From a phage, in sequence record PZ386955.1: 64,000 nt of DNA. One strand, given 5' to 3'. A program made the position numbers and the translations under genes. Position 1 is the stretch's first letter, and every line of letters starts with the position of its first letter. The notes under the pieces were generated by a model. The model saw only the letters and a program-made list of their open reading frames with translations. It did not search any database and had not been told where the DNA came from. Shown here piece after piece: positions 57,077 to 64,000 of the stretch.

Positions 57077-57325
57077 CTAGTTCAGTTCTGTAATTTTAAG
57101 TTTATCTTCTTTGTTAATGATAGGGAAAGCTACAGCATCACCTACATCATCAATAAAGCAAATAGCAAGACCACCTTCCACTTTGCTAACCTGACCATTA
57201 AAGGCATGATACGGGGCAGGAACTTCATCTCCATCTTCAATGAGAATAGCCTCGTAAACCTTGCCGATAGTACAATCACGGGTGTTTATAAATTTTTCAA
57301 GCACTTCAACATTTACTTTACGCAT
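57077..57325 (-). CDS. Hypothetical protein
   Basis: 82-aa ORF upstream of TerC. Confidence 0.35.
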   Translation of the reverse strand: MRKVNVEVLEKFINTRDCTIGKVYEAILIEDGDEVPAPYHAFNGQVSKVEGGLAICFIDDVGDAVAFPIINKEDKLKITELN

Positions 57326-57339
57326 ATAAAGATCCTCTC

Positions 57340-57546
57340 TTATTTGTTAGATTGAAAGATACCACGGAGTACCGCAAGAATGAACGTCACACAGACTACA
57401 CTCCAAAACGTTACAGGAACATGATGCCAGTCTAAGCCGATAATGTCAATCATATAATTGTATGCTAAAAGCAGTAGCCAACTAGGGATTAACACAATCA
57501 AGAACACAACAATAAAACAACCTAATACTGCTAAAACACCTGCCAT
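57340..57546 (-). CDS. Small two-TM membrane protein (holin-like topology)
   Basis: 68 aa with two hydrophobic helices and a short charged C-terminus. Confidence 0.4.
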   Translation of the reverse strand: MAGVLAVLGCFIVVFLIVLIPSWLLLLAYNYMIDIIGLDWHHVPVTFWSVVCVTFILAVLRGIFQSNK

Positions 57547-57555
57547 ACTTTCTCC

Positions 57556-58272
57556 TTATTTCAGTTTGTAAACAATTACATTTAAACCTTTGTTTACTAG
57601 AGTTTCTTCGATCATAAGTTTTACAATATTCCAAGAACCTCCAGCCAAACCACAACCAAGCATTGGTAAACCTACAATTTTACCGCCTGAAGATACAACA
57701 TCGTCTCCCATACTATCTAGCGCATTGTAGATAGCTTCATAATTCAGGTCACGCTTACCTTCCTCACGACGACTATAACCATATTGTCCATATAAATTAT
57801 AAATTGTCAAATTGTTTTCTGTATATTTGGTAAACGTACCTAATTTTTTATAATCACCACGTTTAGTGGCACAATCTGCTTTAAACGCACCAGGCCACTT
57901 GCTTTTAATTTTTGGTGCAATACCACTACCCATAGTGCAAAAACAGTTACAGCAGTGTGCTATAGCGTCTATATCGCCTCTCTCGGCTGCTGCTAAAAGA
58001 TCACCGTATACCTCAATGATACCTGCTGGATAACTTGTTACAATTTCATCTTCCCAGTACATTTTCTCTACACCACCGATCAGTGCAAAGTTTTGTGTAA
58101 TGCGATCATCAATATAGTTAAGACCTGAAACATACACAGCGTATTCATCCTGTGCTGTAATACCTTGCACACGAATTCTTAAGACACCATCTTTATCTGT
58201 TGCTACACGCCCAAAATCTTTTTCTGTAATATTGGTGATAGGATCTCCGAAAGTCATTACTTTATTAGACAT
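57556..58272 (-). CDS. Macrodomain protein, TARG1/OARD1-like (ADP-ribose processing)
   Basis: C-terminal ~150 aa align with human TARG1: GDLLA..(11)..IAHCCNCFCTMGSGIA vs GDLFA..LAHCISEDCRMGAGIA; LPMLGCGLAGGSWNIVKLMIEE...VIVYKL vs [24 protein letters not shown]...ITVYTL. Start at internal ATG 58272. Confidence 0.65.
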   Translation of the reverse strand: MSNKVMTFGDPITNITEKDFGRVATDKDGVLRIRVQGITAQDEYAVYVSGLNYIDDRITQNFALIGGVEKMYWEDEIVTSYPAGIIEVYGDLLAAAERGDIDAIAHCCNCFCTMGSGIAPKIKSKWPGAFKADCATKRGDYKKLGTFTKYTENNLTIYNLYGQYGYSRREEGKRDLNYEAIYNALDSMGDDVVSSGGKIVGLPMLGCGLAGGSWNIVKLMIEETLVNKGLNVIVYKLK

Positions 58273-59122
58273 AATAATCCCCTTTAACATTAGATTTGTT
58301 GATAATGTTGCTTTCAAAAAATTGACGTAGGAAATCAAAGTTCTCTTTGTATTTTTCAATGTTATTGTAACCTTCTGCAAGGCAACCAAAGAACAGTTGT
58401 TCTACATAATACAAAGGAAGTTGTGAAAGTGCAATTTTAAAATCAACTTCGCTTTGACTCATTAGATACTTAATAGGACGAACCAAACATTTAGCATCAG
58501 TTTCTTGCTTAATCATTTTAATAAAAGCTGCCAGATTATTGATATAGTTGAAGTTAAGTGCAGCTTCGGTATTGGCTTCTGTACCTTCATACTTTGCAAA
58601 GTACAGGAAAAACGTATCGTTTTCAACACCTTCTTTGTCTAAAATTTCAATAAGTTTTTCTTCGTGCGTTCCTGTAATATTAACATCATCAATGAAAATC
58701 AGAGTTTTATTACCCCAGAAATCACGATTGATAGAGAAAGTGTCACCATCGATCAAAGCCTTACGATCTTCTTTGCTAAGAAATCCATAATCATTGATAT
58801 AGCTCACTTTACGATGAACGATATCCCACTCCACTGGTTTACCACCTTTGATAGAGATTAGGTAGTTGAGGTGATCTACAAAATGTTCAGATAACACTGT
58901 AGCTGCATTTTTCACATAGTTATATGGAGATGGAATAACAACAAAACTTTCATTTACCAGTCGTTCTTCATACTTAGAAAAGAAACTTTCAGCCAGAATG
59001 CGCCCCATTCTTTTTGCTGCCTGGTTACTACCAAACTTTAGCTTGGAATAATCTGCAATGTTAAATTTTGCTTCCTTCAGGTTAGTAAAAGTATTAGCAA
59101 AATGTTGAATTTGATTACGCAT
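58265..59122 (-). CDS. Phosphoribosyltransferase (type I PRPP-binding motif)
   Basis: PRPP-binding signature TLIFIDDVNITGTHEEK; stop overlaps the macrodomain start by 8 nt. Confidence 0.55.
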   Translation of the reverse strand: MRNQIQHFANTFTNLKEAKFNIADYSKLKFGSNQAAKRMGRILAESFFSKYEERLVNESFVVIPSPYNYVKNAATVLSEHFVDHLNYLISIKGGKPVEWDIVHRKVSYINDYGFLSKEDRKALIDGDTFSINRDFWGNKTLIFIDDVNITGTHEEKLIEILDKEGVENDTFFLYFAKYEGTEANTEAALNFNYINNLAAFIKMIKQETDAKCLVRPIKYLMSQSEVDFKIALSQLPLYYVEQLFFGCLAEGYNNIEKYKENFDFLRQFFESNIINKSNVKGDYYV

Positions 59123-59771
59123 TAATAAGTTCCTCTTTTTTAAGTTTAGCCAACAAGTCTTCTGGATTAATAATATGACAGAACTTCATCCCTATGTCAA
59201 CAGCTTTTCCATCATAAATCAAACTATCTCCAACGTGTAAAATCTCCTCTGGTGCAAGATCAAACGTCACCATTTCATCAAAAGAGAGTTTAAAAAACCT
59301 AGGATCTGGTTTACACAAGCAAAACTCGTCAGAAAAATGCATAAAGTCGAATGGTAATTTTGTTAAACCAGAATATACAGCTAAGAAACTACCTGGTACA
59401 AAATTAGTATTGCTCTTAATACTCAAAGAATAGGTTGAACTTAGCTCTTCCAACTTCTTGCAAAGTTCAGGATTCAATGTTGGAGGATGTTTTATAAACA
59501 TTGCTAAACAGTCTCTTTTTAACCCATCCACTTTATCAAGATCAATGTTCAAACGAGTAGAAAGTGTAACCCAAGCATCCTTAGACGTTCCACAAATGCC
59601 TTTTTCTGCTTTTAAATCCAAGAGGGTTTTTACCTCTTTATATACGGTAGCTGCTTCTACCTCAGAACAAGAGGCATACTCGGCAATGACCTTGTTGCGC
59701 TCTTCTGCATACAAAGGGTTAGCAGTAATAAGAGTATTCCATACATCAAAAGAAATATGCTTAACAGTCAT
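59115..59771 (-). CDS. HAD-superfamily hydrolase-like protein
   Basis: Motif I-like ISFDVWNTLI and motif IV GDSLIYD; start at ATG 59771 with GGAGGA RBS; stop overlaps PRTase start by 8 nt. Confidence 0.45.
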   Translation of the reverse strand: MTVKHISFDVWNTLITANPLYAEERNKVIAEYASCSEVEAATVYKEVKTLLDLKAEKGICGTSKDAWVTLSTRLNIDLDKVDGLKRDCLAMFIKHPPTLNPELCKKLEELSSTYSLSIKSNTNFVPGSFLAVYSGLTKLPFDFMHFSDEFCLCKPDPRFFKLSFDEMVTFDLAPEEILHVGDSLIYDGKAVDIGMKFCHIINPEDLLAKLKKEELINA

Positions 59772-59773
59772 TT

Positions 59774-59929
59774 TTAATCCTCCGTCCAAAAGAATATCAT
59801 CTGCTTAATTTTATTGATCTCTTGATGTAGTAACTTTCCAGCATGTGATTGATCTTTAATATTGACAGCAAGAATTTCAAGTTCCGTTAGTTTTTCTTGG
59901 ATAGCTTTATATTCATCATCTGTAAGCAT
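59774..59929 (-). CDS. Small hypothetical protein (51 aa), not in ORF track
   Basis: ATG at 59929 preceded by AAGGGGAAG; MLTDDEYKAIQEKLTELEILAVNIKDQSHAGK...; stop 2 nt before the HAD start. Confidence 0.3.
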   Translation of the reverse strand: MLTDDEYKAIQEKLTELEILAVNIKDQSHAGKLLHQEINKIKQMIFFWTED

Positions 59930-59940
59930 TTTCTTCCCCT

Positions 59941-60144
59941 TTAGAATGGTAATCTTTGTATGTCACTTATACCCACACCAAGAAGTCTAGCAATATCCTT
60001 ATCTAAAAGCAACTCTTTTTGTTCTAAAATGTTAATCAGATCTCCTAATACTTCTTTAATGTCACGATCATTTTTAGCAACGTGACCACCTGCCGTATCA
60101 ACTTTATCTTTAAAAACAAAGTAATGATCCATAATACCCTCCAT
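59941..60144 (-). CDS. Hypothetical protein
   Basis: 67-aa ORF directly after a terminator hairpin. Confidence 0.35.
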   Translation of the reverse strand: MEGIMDHYFVFKDKVDTAGGHVAKNDRDIKEVLGDLINILEQKELLLDKDIARLLGVGISDIQRLPF

Positions 60145-60150
60145 ATAAAT

Positions 60151-60172
60151 AAAGGAGGCTTTCGCCTCCTTT
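60151..60172 (-). terminator. Rho-independent terminator after the AAA ATPase gene
   Basis: AAAGGAGGC-loop-GCCTCCTTT hairpin; on the minus strand followed by ATTTAT. Confidence 0.5.
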
Positions 60173-60178
60173 TATCAC

Positions 60179-61339
60179 TTAGTAAGAACGACCACCAAAC
60201 ACATACTCTGTGTAGTTTTTACGTTCTTTGTTTTTAATAACAACTTCAATGTTGTTGCCTTTATCATCGGTGAACACAAAGTGATAACCGTCACCACCCA
60301 TTGTACGGATGTGTTTTTCATCATACGTCAGCAAGATACGGTCTACACCCCAGTAGTAGTCACCTTCTTCATCTTTATCTTCTACGGTAACGACTCCTTC
60401 CATTTCAGGAAGATGCTCTTCTCCTAGCTTATGGTCTACAGCTACAACATAACGATTACCGCTAAACAAACCCTGTGCTGTCATACCGTCAATATCGGTA
60501 TCTGCCGAAACATCTCCTGTACGGTCTACACCGTTGACTTTCAGAAGTTTAACTTCTTTTGCAGCATAGCGGTGTTCAGTAATACTGATACCCATTAATG
60601 CAAGTGCATCAGAGAATTTGTCATTAGGGTAACGGTTAAGTTCTTCTACTAAGGACTGAACAATATCAAAGTTCAAATCCACGGAAAGATTATAAAGCGT
60701 TTCAAAATCTGGTAAAAAGGCTTTGTTCTCCAGATTTTTAGCCAGATAGTCATCCATAGTAGCTTTAGGTAGTTTCTTATAGCTAAAGCTGTAGAAAATA
60801 CGGCTAGGACGATTACGCAAAAATTCTGATACATAACCATCATTTTTAGTCAATACAAACAGCTTGTCATAGCCACCAACACCATCCAGCAGGGTAAGCA
60901 AACCATCCTGTGCATCTTTTTCAGCATACAGTTTATCAAATTCATCGATCATAATCATCACAGGTTGTGTGATTTTAGACATAAAATTGATAAAGCCTTC
61001 ACCATTAAAAGCACTACCGATAGAAATAGTAGGAATACCCATTTCACGAAGAGCAGAAGACAGCATTTTAGCTTGCAAAGTTTTACCGCTACCCTTCGTA
61101 CCCTCAAGGAGAACACCTGTGTTTTTACCTTTGCGGCTAAGGAACGTCTTGATAATACGTTCTGATTTATCATCAGTATCACCGTATGTTACTGAAGGGA
61201 CTTCCATATCGTTTTTAGGATACAGGAAGAACTCACCACTTTGAGTAACACCTACACCAAAAGTTCCTGCTGGAATTTCTTCGATATCTGTACCAGACTT
61301 CTGACGCAGGAAGATTTGATTGCCGAATACTGTAAACAT
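60179..61339 (-). CDS. AAA-type ATPase with uncharacterised C-terminal domain
   Basis: Walker A LLEGTKGSGKT and Walker B VMIMIDEFDK; C-terminal ~130 aa have no recognisable motif. Confidence 0.55.
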   Translation of the reverse strand: MFTVFGNQIFLRQKSGTDIEEIPAGTFGVGVTQSGEFFLYPKNDMEVPSVTYGDTDDKSERIIKTFLSRKGKNTGVLLEGTKGSGKTLQAKMLSSALREMGIPTISIGSAFNGEGFINFMSKITQPVMIMIDEFDKLYAEKDAQDGLLTLLDGVGGYDKLFVLTKNDGYVSEFLRNRPSRIFYSFSYKKLPKATMDDYLAKNLENKAFLPDFETLYNLSVDLNFDIVQSLVEELNRYPNDKFSDALALMGISITEHRYAAKEVKLLKVNGVDRTGDVSADTDIDGMTAQGLFSGNRYVVAVDHKLGEEHLPEMEGVVTVEDKDEEGDYYWGVDRILLTYDEKHIRTMGGDGYHFVFTDDKGNNIEVVIKNKERKNYTEYVFGGRSY

Positions 61340-61359
61340 AGTTTTCTCCTCTATTTAAT

Positions 61360-61830
61360 TTAGTCAGATTCCCAAATGTTGTCTTTCTTAATCCACATTC
61401 GTTGATTATCTGAACCTCTATAACGTTTCGTTGTTGGTTGATTCATATCATACTTACCATCTATCACTATGTCAACCAGTTTTTTAATTTTTTCTGGAAT
61501 TTCCTCAAAAAGATATCCTGTATATAAGACAATATCTTTTTTGTTTCCAAAACAATCTCTTACCTTCTCAAGAACATACTCTACAGTGTCAATGTTCTCT
61601 TTGTCAAGAGGTTCACCACCTAAAACTGTTAATCCTTTAATGAAAGGTCGAGATAAATCTTTCAAGATAAGACCTAATGTTTCAGTAGTGAACTCTTGTC
61701 CGTAGTTATACGACCAGGCTTTCTGGTTAAAGCAGCCACGGCAACCGTGGCTACAACCGCTCACCCACAAAGAGCATCTTACACCGTCACCGTTGAGCAT
61801 GTCAACAGGTTCATATCCGGCGTAATTCAA
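61360..61830 (-). CDS. nrdG: Anaerobic ribonucleotide reductase activating enzyme (radical SAM)
   Basis: Cys cluster CSLWVSGCSHGCRGCFN (C.{3}C.{2}C) and position immediately downstream of, and overlapping, nrdD. Confidence 0.75.
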   Translation of the reverse strand: MNYAGYEPVDMLNGDGVRCSLWVSGCSHGCRGCFNQKAWSYNYGQEFTTETLGLILKDLSRPFIKGLTVLGGEPLDKENIDTVEYVLEKVRDCFGNKKDIVLYTGYLFEEIPEKIKKLVDIVIDGKYDMNQPTTKRYRGSDNQRMWIKKDNIWESD

Positions 61831-63626
61831 AAATGTTTCTCCCTTTCTAGTACCTCTTGCATTTTACCTTTATTATAAGGGCGAGAGTTAGGGGCAGACA
61901 GGTATCCTGACACTCTTCTGATTACAGATATAGATTCTTCCTCATGATTGCCACAACTTGGACACTCGAAGCCTTTAGCTGTTGCCTTAAATTCACCATG
62001 AAAACCACATTTGAAACACTGATCTACAGGTTGGTTCACGCCAAAATAAGGAATTTTGTTGTAGGCATAATCTACAAGGGTTTCCAGTGCTTGCAAGTTA
62101 TTTTTAAGGTTTGGTGTTTCTACATAACCTATGTTCCCACCATTACTGATTTGTGCAAAACCTTCCTCATAATCCCACTTTTGGAACGGGGTAGTGTGCA
62201 TCCATACAGGTTGATGGAAAGAGTTTGTCAAGTAGTCACGATCAATAGAACCAGGATAGCGATCATTTAATGCTTTGGCAAATTTATAGCACAAGGATTC
62301 TGCTGGTGTTCCATACAAACTAAAAGCTAAACCAGAACGTTCTTTAAATGTGCCACAGATATCCTTCATATATTGAAGGATGTTTTTACCCATTGCTTTT
62401 GGATTGGTGTTACCTGGGTATAAAATCTCCATAGCTTCTGCTAAACCTACATAACCGATACTAATAGAGGCATAACCACCTTCGAATAGTTTACCAATCT
62501 CTTCATTAGCTTCTAGTCGAGCTAAAGCCCCTTCCATAAACAATGTAGGGTTTTGAGATGCTTTGGTATGTCTAATACGGTTAACACGTAGCATATGTGC
62601 CTTATACGCCATCTCCATATGTTGTTCCAACAGTTCAGTAAATAAGATGCCCTTTTCACGGGACTCTGCTGCAATGATAGGTAAGTTTAAAGAAACTACG
62701 CCTAAGTTGAAACGACCATCATATTTTTCACCCTGCTCTGTTGCATAGTATGACAAGAAGCTACGGCAACCCATGCTTGTGACGCGACCATCTGAAGATC
62801 CTGTAACTTCTTTGTTTAAAGGTACAGAGATAAAATCAGGATAAATGCGTTCAGCACAACACTCCATTGCCAGTTGCTTCAAATCATAATTTGGATCGCC
62901 AGCTTTCATGTTAACACCATCTTCCAAGAAGAAGATAACTTTAGGAAACACAGGAGTTACCCTATCTTTTCCCAACCCTTGTTTGTGCACCATTAGGTAG
63001 TTTTTAGTGATCATTCTACCAAAAGCAGAGGTATCCAAACCTAAACTAATTGTTATAAAAGGTGACTGACCATTTACACTCATTAGAGTGTTCACCTGGT
63101 AGATTAAAGTTTGCATTGCATCATAGACCTGTTTATCTACCATACGCATAGCAATATCATAATCGCCAACATCGGCATATATTTTATTAAAACTTGCTTT
63201 AACGTATTGACTAAGCCCAGTATCAACATGTGCACAAGTTTGTCCACCATATTGGCTAGAAGCTACTGCTTGAATAATTTGAGTTAGGACAGTAGTCGCT
63301 ACACCGATAGATTTTGGTTTTTCAATATGTGCATTACCAATACGGAAACCGTTCTCAAGCATATCTTGGTAATTTACCAGGCAACAATTAGTTAAAGGTG
63401 AGAGTAAATAATCTAAATCGTGAATGTGACCATACCCACTTTTATGCCATTCTGCCAGATCTTCCGGTAAAATATGGGTCATTGCCATGTGCTTGCTTAG
63501 GATACCTGCTAGTAAGTCTCGGTGAGTATTAACAATCATTGCAGGTTTGTTTGCATTTTCACGAGTAAATTCTTCGGATGTTTGTTCGAGGAATCCGATT
63601 ACATCCTCATATAGTTTTTGGGTCAT
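61827..63626 (-). CDS. nrdD: Anaerobic ribonucleoside-triphosphate reductase (class III)
   Basis: C-terminal zinc ribbon CFKCGFHGEF...CPSCGN and glycyl-radical motif RVSGYLS; start at ATG 63626 with GGAGGA RBS (track start 63656). Confidence 0.8.
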   Translation of the reverse strand: MTQKLYEDVIGFLEQTSEEFTRENANKPAMIVNTHRDLLAGILSKHMAMTHILPEDLAEWHKSGYGHIHDLDYLLSPLTNCCLVNYQDMLENGFRIGNAHIEKPKSIGVATTVLTQIIQAVASSQYGGQTCAHVDTGLSQYVKASFNKIYADVGDYDIAMRMVDKQVYDAMQTLIYQVNTLMSVNGQSPFITISLGLDTSAFGRMITKNYLMVHKQGLGKDRVTPVFPKVIFFLEDGVNMKAGDPNYDLKQLAMECCAERIYPDFISVPLNKEVTGSSDGRVTSMGCRSFLSYYATEQGEKYDGRFNLGVVSLNLPIIAAESREKGILFTELLEQHMEMAYKAHMLRVNRIRHTKASQNPTLFMEGALARLEANEEIGKLFEGGYASISIGYVGLAEAMEILYPGNTNPKAMGKNILQYMKDICGTFKERSGLAFSLYGTPAESLCYKFAKALNDRYPGSIDRDYLTNSFHQPVWMHTTPFQKWDYEEGFAQISNGGNIGYVETPNLKNNLQALETLVDYAYNKIPYFGVNQPVDQCFKCGFHGEFKATAKGFECPSCGNHEEESISVIRRVSGYLSAPNSRPYNKGKMQEVLEREKHF

Positions 63627-63645
63627 TAATCCTCCGTGGAAAATA

Positions 63646-63668
63646 AAAGCCAGCATTAAGCTGGCTTT
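63646..63668 (-). terminator. Terminator hairpin upstream of nrdD
   Basis: AAAGCCAGC-ATTAA-GCTGGCTTT hairpin; on the minus strand followed by TATTTTCC then the nrdD RBS. Confidence 0.5.
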
Positions 63669-63715
63669 AGGGTGGATCTTTATTTTAAATCTTTTTCGTA
63701 AGATTGTCCTTGATC

Positions 63716-63913
63716 TTAGTCAAGGTTTTTGGTAATACGTGTACAACCATCAGAAGTCAAACCGTCAACTTGAGTTTCCCAAGTGCCATGAATATTTCGG
63801 AACAATGTTGTTACACCTTTTGGTTCATTAATAATGATTGCCATAACAAGTTTAGGATCGATAACAGACATAATCTTTTCCTCAATACCCTCTGTAATAA
63901 CATTATTACGCAC
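63716..63913 (-). CDS. Hypothetical protein
   Basis: 65-aa ORF near the window edge. Confidence 0.3.
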   Translation of the reverse strand: MRNNVITEGIEEKIMSVIDPKLVMAIIINEPKGVTTLFRNIHGTWETQVDGLTSDGCTRITKNLD

Positions 63914-64000
63914 AATATTAATTACATCTTCTTGTACAGAAAGGGTACTTACGTTCTTAAGAGTATATACCTGCTGCGTAGTGTAAATGATACGAACATA

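Noticed and set aside
1-64000. tRNA genes, rRNA and CRISPR arrays
   Set aside because: Intergenic spaces are short (mostly under 120 nt) and hold promoter/terminator-like elements rather than ~75-nt cloverleaf candidates; no direct repeats with regular spacers were seen. A tRNAscan-type search would be needed to exclude tRNAs fully.
1-64000. Integrated prophage boundary (integrase, att sites) or transposable element
   Set aside because: No integrase, recombinase, transposase or flanking host-like genes were recognisable; gene content is continuous phage morphogenesis and replication modules.

Overview
The window reads as one contiguous piece of a tailed dsDNA bacteriophage genome with a contractile tail (sheath, tube, tape measure, baseplate). 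I found no rRNA, convincing tRNA, CRISPR array, integrase or transposase by eye. Positions 1-36.8 kb are a plus-strand morphogenesis module: large terminase (interrupted by a mini-intein in its P-loop), portal, scaffold, lambda D/E-like decoration and major capsid proteins, neck proteins, sheath, tube, a tail chaperone with a -1 frameshift site, tape measure, baseplate genes and at least five fibre/spike genes. Positions 36.8-64 kb are a minus-strand replication and accessory module: orphan DNA methyltransferase, SSB-like protein, small nucleotidyltransferase, family A DNA polymerase, T7 gp4-like primase-helicase, four glycosyltransferase-like genes, a secreted SleB-type wall hydrolase, AAA ATPase and anaerobic RNR NrdD/NrdG. 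The most unusual content is a phage-borne Ter-type gene set (TerD, vWA, TelA-like, TerC) next to a translationally coupled PRTase-HAD-macrodomain triad at about 49.8-61.3 kb. All calls rest on reading the supplied translations and sequence; no database search was run, so product names are motif- and synteny-based.
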